64,000 nt of DNA from Octopus vulgaris. Its lineage: Eukaryota. The translations under genes and the position numbers were made by a program. The notes under the pieces were generated by a model that saw only the letters and a list, made by a program, of their open reading frames with translations, searched no databases and was not told the DNA's origin. Shown one piece after another: positions 45,253 to 57,867 of this stretch (its first letter is position 1; each line of letters begins with the position of its first letter). Where the stretch lies: the NCBI GenBank assembly GCA_951406725.2, contig OX597842.1, forward strand, positions 23,250,001 to 23,314,000. Direction: 5' to 3'.

Positions 45253-47441
45253 TGTGTACAGTGCTCAGGTGCACTACAACTCATCTAAAGTGTATATATA
45301 ATCAGGTGTAGTTTCGGCGGATTTCGGAAAGCATGAGGGCCTTAAAAGATGCAGTGTCATGGCAGTCAACAACTGACGCAGGCAGTTTATTCCATGCTTC
45401 AGCAACTCTGAGCGTGAAAAAATGTTTCCGAAAGTCATGGGAGCTGTATTGTTTTCTGACTTTGTAGGCATGTCCACGTGTGTTAGACACATGGAGATCA
45501 AAAAGGTGTTCAGTGTTGTTGTTGGTGAGGTGGTTGATAACTTTGTGGGTGTTTACCAAGTCCGTCGCCAAACGCCGGAGCTTCAGTGAATCCATGCCCA
45601 GGGAAACAAGGCGCTCAGAATATGGTAGGTGTCTGATGGAGGGTATGCGTTTGGTTGCACGTCTCTGGACAGATTCCAGGAGGTCAATGTTCTGTGCAAG
45701 ATAGGGGTTCCAAACTGATGATGCGAATTCCAAGTGTGGTCGTACCATAGCTGTATACAGTTTTAAATAGATGGCTGGAGAGCGGCTAACAAAAGACCTG
45801 CTGAGTGATGCCAAGACACACTCGGCCTTCCTGACAATCTTAGAGATATGCTTTGACCAACGCAAATCACTGCTGACAGTGATGCCTAGGTCACGCTCAC
45901 AAGAGGATTTCTTGATATCAGTGTTGTGGAGGGAGTATGTGAACGCAGGGTTTTTTCTCCCAAAATGCATGGTGGTACACTTGTCCACAGCCAGTTTCAG
46001 TTGCCAGTCTGTGATCCATTGCTGCATTGTGTCTAGGTCTGATTGCAGGAAAGAGTTGTAGACATCAGGATCTGTCCTCTTGATTTCAAGGTACAGCTTG
46101 ATGTCGTCTGCATATTTCAATACTGTGGCATTCTTTAAATTGGCATCTATGTCGTTAATGTATGCCACAAACAAGAGGGGACCAAGGACAGATCCCTGTG
46201 GTACACCCGATGACATCTCATATGGTGTAGAGTGCTGTCCTAGAACTGTGACTACCTCCTTTCGGCTGAGGATGAAGGATTTCAACCAGTTAAAAAGGTC
46301 AACCCCCACACCCATTGCAGAGAGTTTCACCATAAGCCTTTTGTGTGGCACAGAGTTGAAAGCCTTAGCAAAGTCAAGGTAGACAACATCCACCCATGAG
46401 CCACTGTCAGTAATCTGAGTAATGTCCTCAAGGAACTCGACAAGCTGGTCACTGCAGCTGAAGTTAGGGACAAATCCATATTGTGAGGGTCGGATGAGAC
46501 TGTGAGAGCTCCAGAAGTTCCAGAGTGTTTCTCTGACACACGATTCCATCAGTTTTGCAATACAGCTAGTGAGACTGACTGGGCGATAGTTGACAGGTGA
46601 TGTGCGGTCACCCTTTTTGAACAGAGGAATGACACTGGCAGTTTTCCACTGCTCCGGAGTAGCACCATTGTTGAGACAGTACTGGAAGAAAATAGAAAGC
46701 TGGTGTAAAAGGAAGTGCCTGCCACGTTTGAGAAGCAGGTATGTAACTCCATCGAGACCAGGGGAGGCATAGTTGCGCTTATTTTGAAGGTGACGTCGCA
46801 GCATTGCAGGTGTAAATTCCATAGTTGTTATGGAGTTTGCTGTTAGTGATGGTGAAGATGGTACATTTTGACTTTCAACAGTGAATATGTTTGCATAGCA
46901 CTCGGCAATGAGTTCTGCGCATTCCTTGGGGTCGTCAGTGATCTGGTTTGTGTGAGGGTTGCGAAGAGGGCCCACTGGAGAGTGAGGTCTCTGCTTTGAG
47001 TGCACATATTTCCAGAAAACCTTGCTGTCAGGATTGGCTGCTATGCACTGTTCAAATTCAAGCACTGCTTTTTTTGTCACTTGCTTGAGATGGTTGGAGG
47101 ATTTATTCCGCTTCTTCCTGTTGGTGTCTGATTTATGCAACCTGTATTCCCGTTCAGCAGTCCGACGTTCCATCCTGGCAAGTCGGACCGCTGAAGTTTC
47201 CCAAATTGCCCTTTTGGGGCGGTTCTTCTTTTTTGTTTACGTGGCACTGATGCTGCACATGCTGCCCATATTGAGTCCAGGATACTCTGGAGTATAGTAT
47301 TCACATCTCCAGAGTTGTAGAATTCACGCCAGTTTGGGTGCTGTAGTTCAGTGTGGTACAGGTTCCAATCTGCTCTCTTCCAATCGAAGGAAGCAGATTG
47401 GAGATGGTTCAGGTTTTTGTTGCCCGCAAGAGCCAGATTGG
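45217..47441 (-). mobile_element. 5'-truncated CR1-type non-LTR retrotransposon with 9-bp TSD
   Basis: RT ORF 45302..47173; (TAT)n 3' tail at 45217-45252; TSD ctgtaacat at 45208-45216 and 47442-47450; empty paralogous site at 56003-56011. Confidence 0.92.
45302..47173 (-). CDS. Reverse transcriptase (LINE ORF2 fragment, CR1-like)
   Basis: Motifs NYRPVSLTS, YLDFAKAF, GVPQGSVLGPLLF, YADD and the CR1-type C-terminus TRGH...RKHFFTLRVAEAWNKLP; 623 codons open. Confidence 0.88.
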   Translation of the reverse strand: MERRTAEREYRLHKSDTNRKKRNKSSNHLKQVTKKAVLEFEQCIAANPDSKVFWKYVHSKQRPHSPVGPLRNPHTNQITDDPKECAELIAECYANIFTVESQNVPSSPSLTANSITTMEFTPAMLRRHLQNKRNYASPGLDGVTYLLLKRGRHFLLHQLSIFFQYCLNNGATPEQWKTASVIPLFKKGDRTSPVNYRPVSLTSCIAKLMESCVRETLWNFWSSHSLIRPSQYGFVPNFSCSDQLVEFLEDITQITDSGSWVDVVYLDFAKAFNSVPHKRLMVKLSAMGVGVDLFNWLKSFILSRKEVVTVLGQHSTPYEMSSGVPQGSVLGPLLFVAYINDIDANLKNATVLKYADDIKLYLEIKRTDPDVYNSFLQSDLDTMQQWITDWQLKLAVDKCTTMHFGRKNPAFTYSLHNTDIKKSSCERDLGITVSSDLRWSKHISKIVRKAECVLASLSRSFVSRSPAIYLKLYTAMVRPHLEFASSVWNPYLAQNIDLLESVQRRATKRIPSIRHLPYSERLVSLGMDSLKLRRLATDLVNTHKVINHLTNNNTEHLFDLHVSNTRGHAYKVRKQYSSHDFRKHFFTLRVAEAWNKLPASVVDCHDTASFKALMLSEIRRNYT

Positions 47442-47534
47442 CTGTAACATCGAGAGGTTCACAGAATTCTATTATTTACCTTATTATTAGTAGTATTATC
47501 AACACTATTACAGCCTTAAAGTAAATCTTTGTCC

Positions 47535-47813
47535 ACTTACCGAATTCACAAATAAACAGTGACTCAGTGATCGGTAATTAACCTCCCTAATTAACTTCCC
47601 TAATTAGCTATTTTGGTCTCGTGGTTGATGTGGTGTAGAAGTTGTTTCCCCTTGATATGATTGTATTTCCTTAATTCTCCAATAGAGAGCGCTACTGACT
47701 TGTTGGATTCGTTCCGGTGTTTTTTTAACTTTGTCCCTTTCTGTGAATAAATCCATCTTCAAGTTTTTAAAAAATACTTAGATTATTTTAATAAAGTTTA
47801 CTTGTATATTCTA
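47535..47813 (-). promoter_or_regulatory. Putative non-coding exon 1 and donor of gene F
   Basis: Reverse-strand copy of the module, gaattcg|GTAAGT (47540-47535). Confidence 0.5.
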
Positions 47814-48165
47814 GGATCTTTTCGGTTTGACCGGCAGTTTTTTAAAATAATTTCCACGTAACTAAACACTTTTAAACTTCGTATACTTGGCTTTATTGAG
47901 AAAATTCTATAGTTTGTAAGATATTTGTTGTTTTTTTCTTCAATTTCTGCAATTTCAACCAATCAATGACGTCTATTGATGTGAAAACATTCTGTGCTGT
48001 ATGAATATGTCCCTTGTTTAAGAAACAGATTGTTTTTATTTACATTTCTGAAGAAAAAAGATACCCTTCCTCCCCCAACCCTAACCCTAAAACATTGAAA
48101 TGCAATAGATCGATACTAGGGTCATAAGTATGGGTGACAATTTCATATGACACCGCTAGAAAACA
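47814..48165. mobile_element. GG-TIR MITE copy (right end lost)
   Basis: Homologous to 894-1302; same position as the copy at 56389-56762. Confidence 0.7.
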
Positions 48166-48991
48166 CTCACTGCTGTGAGGTTCCTGTCTATAGTCCGTCT
48201 GTTATAAATTTATGGCCAGTGCCTTACACAAGCATTCAGGGTCTTCACCCACACCTCGTCTTCGAACTGTACAGACACCATGCTGAGATACCTCCCATTT
48301 CACTAGAATATGGCTCTTTTCGAGGCAGAAGCTTCGGTTTGCCCTAACCTGGACGGTAGGCAGGACCGTTAGCACGCTGGGCGAAATACGTAGTGTTATT
48401 TCGTCTGTTGTTACGTTCTGAGTTCAAATTCCGCCGAGGTCGACTTTGCCTTTCATCCTTTCGGGATCGATAAATTAAGTACCGGTTACGCACTGGGGTC
48501 GATGTAATCGACTTAATACCTATGTCTGTCGTTGTTTGTCTTCTCTATGTTTAGCCCCTTGTGGGTTATAAAGAAATAGGTATGTTGTACCAGAAGACTA
48601 CCTCCATTGTCCTCTGGCAATTTCGGCAGCACTCTCCGCTCTGACCTCTCTCCATATAGCCATATGCTCTGGACCACAGTCGACCATTGAGGGGTATACA
48701 TTTTCCCAATAGTTCATGATGTCAATGGCTACCCCATTCCGGTCCCCTTCCACCCAAATCATTCCTGTTTTGTGTGCAGGGTTGACGGATTAGCATCTGT
48801 TGCAATTCCACACTACCTATGAACGCTCTCTCTCTAGTGACATTGGAGCTGAAAACCACATTTTGTTAAGCCCTCATATTGTGCATGATATACGGCCTCG
48901 ATCCTCAGCCTTCCAGCCGACAAGCTGCATCTACATGCTGGTGATACGTAAAAAGAACCACCTGAACGTGGAAGATGTCAGCACCGCCCGA

Positions 48992-49378
48992 CTAGCGTCC
49001 GTGTTGCTCGGGCTTATTTTCTTTTCGACCCTTTAGAATTGAAATTTTTGAAAAGTAAAAATTTTGCACAATGCAGTTTGTTATTCTCTTTAAGTGAACA
49101 TTTTTCTGGTAAATACACCGCAAAATGATGACACAGGAGTCAAAAAATCGTAAAAAACAGGGATTTTCAGAGAAAAAGCACATTTTTGATGTAAATAATT
49201 TTTGGTCTTAACATGGTCTGATTAGAATTTTTTATTCTACAGAAGAAAGAGCAAGCCTTCTTCTATCATACTCTCAATTTTGGTCAACTTGCACCGCAGG
49301 GTCTCAAGGGAGATAGTGTTAGTTGAAGGCTACCAAACCTGCCATACACAAACAACTTCAGCTTTATATATATATAAT
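48992..49378 (-). mobile_element. Non-autonomous Helitron (same family)
   Basis: Reverse complement of 43780-44189; CTAG at 48995-48992. Confidence 0.7.
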
Positions 49379-51253
49379 GAGAATTATATGTATATATATA
49401 TCATCATCATCATCATCATCGTTTAACGTCCGCTTTCCATGCTAGCATGGGTTGGACGGTTCAACTGGGGTCTGGCAAGCCCGAAGGCTGCACCAGGCCA
49501 GTCAGATCTGGCAGTGTTTCTACAGCTGGATGCCCTTCTTAACGCCAACCACTCCAGGAGTGTAGTGGGTGATTTTATGTGCCACCGACACAGGTGCCAG
49601 ACGAGGCTGGCAGACGGCCACGCTCGGATGGTGTTTTTTATGTGCCACCGACACAGGTGCCAGACGAGGCTGGCAGGCGGCCACGCTCGGATGGTGTTTT
49701 CTTATGTGCCACCGACATATATATATATATTTCTCTTTTTTTTTTTGCATCTCTCTTCCCTTGCCTAAACACTCTAAGGCCACAAAGTTCGTCTGCTTGG
49801 TGGGAGGCGATTTAGTCTACTCTACTGCAGATCACACAACGTCGCCACCACAAATATAAATATCTTCATTGTTTAATTCCTGAGCAAATGTCAAGTTATC
49901 TATTTAATAGCTTCTCCCATTTTCCGTCGCCAATGTTCAAATAACTTTCCACCCATCACACGAATTTCAGTACCAGAGGAACTGTTTTTACTGCCCAGCC
50001 ACGATGTGTTAAACAATTTTCTTTGTCTTCTTATCATTTATACATATATATATATGTATATTTGACTGAGGTCTGGCGAACCTGACTCCAATCTGATCTG
50101 GCAGAGTTTCTACAGCTGGTTGGCATTAGGAAGGGCATCCAGCTGTAGAAACTCTGCCAGATATCAGATTGGAGTCTGGTTTCCCAGACCTCAGTCAAAT
50201 CGTCCAACCCATGCTAGCATGGAAAGCGGGCGTTAAATGATGATGATGATTTGGTAGATTAACGGTAATTAAAAGTTTTCCATGACTACATTTCTGATGA
50301 GGTAGATTACGATAATAATACTTTTTAGATGGTATAGATTACGATTACATACGAATTTGTTGTCACAATTTTTTTCGAAGAAGTTGGAGTCCTGAAGAAT
50401 TTCGGGTAAATTCTGATATTTTCATAAAGAAAAACAAAAAAACTCAGATTTTTTTACATGGAATCAAGTACCCTGACCGCACAATGTGCTGCAAACTCCT
50501 TATTTTTGCTTGGAAAAAGTGGGGCGCCCCACCCCCTCGGTATCATTGGAATTCTATATTTTTTTTCATTGGATGATGATGATGATGATATGTCTATTTA
50601 TATAAAACTCAACTTGTGTGTCTGTGTGGTTAACTTCCCGGCACAGCTCCTCCTAGCCAACAAATCGTAGAACCACCAATAATGGGTCACTTAAAGTTTA
50701 GGCGAATGAAAATTGAACTGCACTATTTCTGTTCCGAAATTCATCTCGCAAGTGCAATAATCGATAATGTGTTCATTTAGGCCTTATCCCATGCATTGAA
50801 TAGTGAACTTTACTCAGTCAGCAGTTTGGCGTGAACTGATTTCACTACGCTTGCAAGCATGAAAAATAAAAAATCAAGATATAAACACGAATCGCCGTAA
50901 ACATTGTAGAAATTCAGCAAAGAAATGAATTTTCCGGATGCAGCCTGGAGGGCTTTTTTCGTATTAATCGTTTGGACTTAGTGAACACATACCAATTGTT
51001 TTCATAACATTTTTAACGCTTTGAATTAAATGCGACCATTTTGCGTTGAGTCTGCAGTTTGAATCACTTTGACCAAATTTTAGCAGGCCGGATTTTTGAT
51101 CATCACGATACATCACCAGTGACTCCCTGAAACTCTCCCCTGTAATCCTTGTTGAGAAATCTCTATATATAAAACACAACTTGTGTGTCTGTGTGTTTAA
51201 CTTTTAGATCTACCAAGTTTCATTATTAAGGATGGAAAGTAGTGTGTTGCAAA

Positions 51254-51643
51254 TCTATATATACGAAGCTGAAGTTGTCTGTGTGTGGAAGTTTTGGTAG
51301 CCTTCAACAAACACTATCTCCTTCAAGACCCTGCAGCGCAAGTTGACCAAAATTGAGAGTATGATAGGAGAAGGCTTGCTCTTCATTCTATAGGAGATAA
51401 AATTCAAATCGGACCAGGTTAACACCAAAAATTATTTACATTAATAAGGTGGTTTTTTTCTATGAAAATCCCTATTTTTTACAATTTTTGACTGCTGTGT
51501 CACCATTTTTTCGGTGTATTTCAACTGGAAAAATGTTCACTTAAAGAGAATAACAAGTTGCATAATGCAAAATTTTTACTTTTCAAAAATTCCAATTCTG
51601 AAGGGTCGATACACACCCAAGCAACACCAGGTGATACTGCATG
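51254..51643 (+). mobile_element. Non-autonomous Helitron (same family, decayed 3' end)
   Basis: A|TCTATATATACGAAGCTGAAG start; body homologous to 43780-44189. Confidence 0.65.
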
Positions 51644-52398
51644 TATATATATATATACATACATACATACACACATATATATGTGTGTGTGTGTGTGCAT
51701 GTATGCACACAAATATTTGAAGCACACAGCATAAACTGTATTAGGAGAATACACCCAAAGAAACCCAAACAAATTAGACTGGAACCTAGTGCAGCATTAT
51801 GGTTTGCCAGCTCATGTCACACTGTGCCACCCATGCCAGTAAAAAAGGAAATTTCATTAAAGATTGATGATGATAACAGCGACAATGATGAAAACACATA
51901 GACAAAATCAACTTCAGTGTAACCTTTTATTCATTATTCCCATTTCTTTATTCTCTCAAAACAAATTGCTCAAAAATCCAGAGCAATCATCTTCAGAAAT
52001 CAAAGGCATTGTTGATATAATTCCATATATATACATGACATTCATGAATTTGATGTTGACATTATTGAAATTGAAGTCAATAACATCATATTTGAAGAGA
52101 TGAAAATAGCCCAGTCTTTCAGCAGGAAAAAATAGCCATAAATGTTGTAATAAAGATTAATACTGAATGGTTGCACTTTTGTGTGAATACTCACGTGTAC
52201 TTAAATGGCGTTTTTGAGAGAATGATTTACCATAGATATCACAATGATATTGTTTTTCCCCAGTATGAATATGCTTATAATTAGTGAAGTCACCATTGTA
52301 TGAGAATGATTTACCACATATATCACAATGATATGGTTTTTATCTTGCACTGGTGTTTACTTAGGACACTTCTTCTAGAGAATGATTTACCACAGCTA

Positions 52399-53877
52399 TC
52401 ACAATGATATGGTTTCTATCCTGCACTGGTGTTTAGTTAGGACACCTCTTTGAGAGAATGATTTACCACAGATATTACAACGATATGGCTTCTCTCCTGT
52501 ATGAACACGCTTGTGGTTAGTCAAGTGACTATTAGAAGAAAATGATTTGCCACAGATATCACAACGATATGGCTTCTCTCCTGCATGAATACGTTTATGG
52601 ACAGTCAAGTGACTTCTCCAAGAGAATGATTTACCACAAATATCACAATGATATGGTTTCTCCCCAGTATGAATACGTTTATGTTGAGTTAAATTGCTAT
52701 TAGAAGAAAATGATACACCACAGATATTACAACGATATGGCTTCTCTCCTGTATGTGTACGCTTGTGAATGGTCAAGCAACTTCTTTCAGAGAATGATTT
52801 ACCACAGATATCACAATGATACGGTTTCTCCCCATTATGCATGCGTTTATGTCTACACAATTGACCAGTGTAAGAGAATGATTTACCACAAGTATTACAA
52901 TGATAGGGTTTTTCCCCAGTATGAACACGCTTGTGTTTACTCAAGCTACCACTTTCAATGAATGATTTACCACAGATATCACAATGAAATGGCTTCTCTC
53001 CTGTATGAATACGTTTGTGAATAGAGAAGTAACTTTTGTTAGAGAATGCTTCACCACAGATATTACAATGAAATGGCTTCTCACCCGTATGAATACGTTT
53101 ATGTTGAATTAAAGTGCCACTACGAGAGAAGGATTTACCACAGATATCACAATGATGAGGTTTCTCTCCTGTATGTGTGAATGTGTGTTTAGTCAAGGCA
53201 ATCCTTTGAGAGAATGATCTACCACAGATATCACAATGAAATGGCTTTTCCCCAGTATGAATACGTTTATGTTTAGTCAAGTCACTATTACAAGAAAATG
53301 ATTTACCACAGATATCACAATGAAATGGCTTCTCTCCTGTATGAATACGTTTGTGAATAGAGAAGTGACTTATTTGAGAGAATGATTCACCACAGATATC
53401 ACAATGATATGGTTTTTCCCCTGTATGAATACGTTTATGATCAGTCAATTGACTATTACAAGAAAATGATTTACCGCAGATATTACAATGAAATGGCTTC
53501 TCTCCTGTATGAATACGTTTATGTTGATTTAAAGTGCTATTCCAAGAAAATGATTTGCCACAGATATCACAATGATATGGTTTCTCTCCTGTGTGAACAC
53601 GCTGGTGTTTATTTAAGCCATTACTTTGAGAGAATGTTTTACCACAGATATTACAATGATACGGTCTTTCCCCTGTATGAATACGTTTATGATCAGACAA
53701 GTGACCTCTTCGAGAGAATGTTTTACCACAGATATCACAATGATATGGTCTTTCCCCAGTATGAAGATGTTTATGACTAGTCAATTCACTATTACAAGAA
53801 CATGATTTTCCACAGACATCACAGAAATATGGTTTCTCTCTTGTATCAGAGTTTTTAGGTTCAGTTAAATTATTCAT
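52399..53877 (-). CDS. C2H2 zinc-finger protein, 16 fingers plus a truncated 17th (gene G)
   Basis: ORF 52399..53907. Start MNNLTEPK at 53877; acceptor AG at 54284-54283. Decayed fingers continue at 52180-52400. Confidence 0.9.
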   Translation of the reverse strand: MNNLTEPKNSDTREKPYFCDVCGKSCSCNSELTSHKHLHTGERPYHCDICGKTFSRRGHLSDHKRIHTGERPYHCNICGKTFSQSNGLNKHQRVHTGEKPYHCDICGKSFSWNSTLNQHKRIHTGEKPFHCNICGKSFSCNSQLTDHKRIHTGEKPYHCDICGESFSQISHFSIHKRIHTGEKPFHCDICGKSFSCNSDLTKHKRIHTGEKPFHCDICGRSFSQRIALTKHTFTHTGEKPHHCDICGKSFSRSGTLIQHKRIHTGEKPFHCNICGEAFSNKSYFSIHKRIHTGEKPFHCDICGKSFIESGSLSKHKRVHTGEKPYHCNTCGKSFSYTGQLCRHKRMHNGEKPYHCDICGKSFSERSCLTIHKRTHTGEKPYRCNICGVSFSSNSNLTQHKRIHTGEKPYHCDICGKSFSWRSHLTVHKRIHAGEKPYRCDICGKSFSSNSHLTNHKRVHTGEKPYRCNICGKSFSQRGVLTKHQCRIETISL

Positions 53878-54612
53878 TATGACAGGATAATTTGTCATAT
53901 ATATCACAATAATATTGTTTTTTTCTTTCTATGAATATGTTTGTGTCCATTTGCATAACTTTTTTCAGAGAATAATTTAATGTTAATCTTTCTTTCATGT
54001 GTGATCTTACTTAATACCTAAATCAACAGGTGAAAACTGTCAACTCGTTGGTAAAGTTATCCAAACTTGTAAAGCAATCACCTCCTCTACATTCCAGACA
54101 GTGAAGACAAGAAAAATATTTCGCCGTTATAGGTCATAGATTATATTTATATAGAAGCGTTGATGTATAGATGAATGCTCCTTATAAATATATTGTCTTC
54201 CTTTAGTTGATGAAAGTTGATAAAAATATCAGAGGCACATCTGAACAAAGTAATTTGTTTTATGTCAACATGATGTGATATTCTGAAATAGAAAAAGAAA
54301 CAGTAAGATAAAGAGGATAGTTAAGTGACATAGTAATTCAACATTGTAAATATTACAACATGACCACTGTCGGCCATTTAATGTCAATGTTTACAGGGGT
54401 CAGAGTTCATTGAGGCATTGAAACATTGGTATACCCACACAAGTTTACTACACACTTCACCTCTACCTTTCAGAAAAATGTTTGATTTAAGACTTCATCT
54501 TGCATGGCCGGAATTCCCTTTTCTGGACCAGCTCGCTAGCTAGCCAGCAGTGAAGGTCCCGGTCTTCATGTTGTCTGCGATGAGCCCATGGGCAGTGCCC
54601 TACACATCATTA

Positions 54613-55355
54613 GGATTTTTTTGCTTTGACCGGCAGCTTTTGAAAATAATTTCTATGTAAGCAAAAAATTTTAAACTTCGTATACTGGTAGAATGTGTTT
54701 ATAAAACATCTTTTTCTCTTTGGCTCTTTTGAGAAAATTTTGTAGCTTGTAACATATTTGTTGTTTAATTTGTTGCATTTCAGCAATTTCAACCAATCAA
54801 AGACGTCTGTTGAGGTGAAAACGATTTCTGCCGTAAAATTTACTGGTGGCGTCATATGAAAATGTCCGTTTTTCATGAGAAAAAAGATACCCTGTGGCCA
54901 TAAACTGAGGGTTCACTCGTAAACAGAGCTGGATAACAAAACCGTTCCATCTTTAGTGTCCACCCATAATTATGACCCTGGTATCGATCTATTGCATTTT
55001 ATTCTGTTTTAGGGTTAGGGTTGGGGGCAAGGGTATCTTGTTTTCTTCAGAAATGTAAATAAACCCAATCTGTTTCTTAAATGAATATATAATATGTAAC
55101 AGGGACATTTTCATATGATGCCGCCAGAAAATGTTACGGCAGAAATCGTTTTCACCTCAACAGACGTCATTGATTGGTTGAAATTGCCGAAATACCAGAA
55201 ATAAAACAACAAATATGTTACAAATACAGAATTTTCTCAAGAAAGCTAAGTGAAAAAGATGTCTTATAAACACATTCTACCAGTATACGAAGTTTAAAAG
55301 TGCTTAGCTACGTGGAAATTATTTTTAAAATCTGTCGGTCAAAGTGAAAAGATCG
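54613..55355. mobile_element. Long GG-TIR MITE with 8-bp TSD
   Basis: TSD catcatta at 54605-54612 and 55356-55363; truncated related copy at 44501-44990. Confidence 0.8.
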
Positions 55356-56095
55356 CATCATTACTCTCAAAGTTCAAATCACATTAAGGTCGCCCATCAT
55401 AATTTCCAGGTAGTAAAAATAAGAAGCAATCAAGTACTAGGGTCCATGTAATTCACTTATGCCCTCCCGCCAATTTTCAGGTCAAAAGCACAAATGATTA
55501 CTATCATCATCATCATCATTTTTATTTTCTTCACACGGAATGGAATGAAATACAAAGCCAACCTCGGCGGAAAGTCCTGAGTTCAAATACGGATGAGATC
55601 GACTTTGTCTTTCATCTCTTTCGCGAAAAAACCGGGACCCATGCAATCGACTTATCGCTCGTATTAAACATTGCTGACCCTGGGCCAGTTTTGAAATCAT
55701 CATCATCATTACTATTATGAATATAACATTACATTAAATCTTTATCAATTACCGTTTTATAACATAAACAACAGGATAACATATATTAATATGGAATTCT
55801 TCAATCGGACTCCTCACATTTTATTAATTAAATACGCTGTTTTATTCTCACTTTACCAATTAATTTCAGTTCTATCGCATGTAACAGTCGGTCATAGTAT
55901 TTTATAAACAACAAATCAACATTTCAGCTTCAAAGTTATTAATTAAGTCGAACAAATATATTTTCCTAATTATTGTCAGGTTCCCGCTTGGAAAAATAAT
56001 TACTGTAACATCGAGAGGTTCACAGAATTCTATTATTTACCTTATTATTAGTAGTATTATCAACACTATTACAGCCTTAAAGTAAATCTTTGTCC

Positions 56096-56388
56096 ACTTA
56101 CCGTATTCACAAATAAACAGTGACTCAGTGATCGGTAATTAACCTCCCTAATTAACTTCCCTAATTAGCTATTTTGGTCTCGTGGTTGATGTCTTGTAGA
56201 AGTTGTTTCCCCTTGATATGATTGTATTTCCTTAATTCTCCAATAGAGAGCGCTACTGATTCGTTCCGGTGTTTTTTTAACTTTGTCCCTTTCTGTAAAT
56301 AACTCCAACTTGAAGTTTTTTTAAAATTCTCACCAGATTATTTTAATAAAGTTTACTTGTATATTCTAGGATATTTTCGCTTTGACCG
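56096..56388 (-). promoter_or_regulatory. Putative non-coding exon 1 and donor of gene G
   Basis: Reverse-strand copy of the module, gaatacg|GTAAGT (56101-56096). Confidence 0.55.
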
Positions 56389-56762
56389 GCAGATTTTTAA
56401 AATAATTTCTACGTAACTAAACACTTTTAAATTTCGTTTACTGGTAGAATGTGTTTATGAAATATCTTTTTCTCTTGGCTTTATTGAGAAAATTCTATAG
56501 TTTGTAAGATATTTGTTGTTTTTCTGCAATTTCAACAAATCAATGACGTCTACTAAGGTGAAAACATTCTATGCCGTATGAATATGTCCCTCGTTTAAGA
56601 AACAGATTGGGTTTATTTACATTTGTGAAGAAAAAAAAGATACCCTTCACCCCACCCCTAAAACAGATTGAAATGCAACAGATCGATACTAGGGTCATAA
56701 TTATGGGTGACAATTTCATATGACACCGCTAGAAAAATCTGCCGTTCAAACTGAAAAGATCC
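56389..56762. mobile_element. GG-TIR MITE copy
   Basis: Both TIRs present. Confidence 0.7.
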
Positions 56763-57834
56763 CATCATCTTTATCTATAAAAATATTGACTCTGAGATAA
56801 CTTGATTACTGAAAATGCCTGTGTTTGGATTTTGATGAATTTGTTGCAAAAGAAGAATGAATCAAAAGTTAGACCGACCATCTTGTGTTTTGTTTCTCTA
56901 AATCTAGACACTGTCCCTTCTATACCCTAAATATCTCAACTGGCCCAAAGTCATACCCCTTCAATACTACCTCTTTCCCTCCCTGTTGTGGGGGATTTTG
57001 TCATGCAAGGTACTGGGTGACCCAGTTGATGCTGGTACCACATAAAAAGCACTCTTGCTGGTGCCATGTAAAGAATCCTAGCAGAAACGTTAGCACCCGG
57101 GTGAAATGCTTAGCGGTATCTCGTCTGCAATTATGTTCTGAGTTCAAATTCTGCCGAGGTCGACTTTGCCTTTCATGCTTGCAGGGTCGATAAATTAAGT
57201 ACCAGATACACACTGGGGTCGATGTAATCGACTTAATCCCTCTCTGTCCTTGTTTGTACCCGTATTTCGTCTTCCGTTACGTTCTGAGTTCAAATTCTGC
57301 CGAGGTCGATTTTGCCTTTCATCCTTTCGGTGTCGATTAAATAAGTACCAGTTACGCACTGGGGTCGATATAATCGATTTCATCCGTGTGTCTATCCTTG
57401 TTTGTCCCCTTGTGGGTAGTAAAGAAATAGGTATCAAAAGGGTTAATATTCCTTTAAATTCCGAGCAATGCTGGGTACTTAGGCTACTATATATGTGTGT
57501 TTGTATGCACGTATATATTTGGGTATGTGTATAAATGCTTTTCCCTCAGCCATCGCTTATCTGGTACTGGTGTGTTTATGTCCCTGTCTTGGAGTCGATT
57601 TCTGATTTCTTTATTGCCCACAAGGAACTAAACACAGAAAGGACAAACAGGGATAGGGATTAAGTCGACTACATCAACCCCAGTGAGTAACTGGTACTTT
57701 ATTTATCGACCCCAACAGGATGAAAGGCCAAGTCGACCTCGGTGGAATTTGAACTCAGAACATAACACTAGATGAAATACATTTCCCCGGCATGCTAATG
57801 CTTCTGCCAGCTCAACTCAACCTTAGGCTACTAC

Positions 57835-57867
<33 letters not shown>

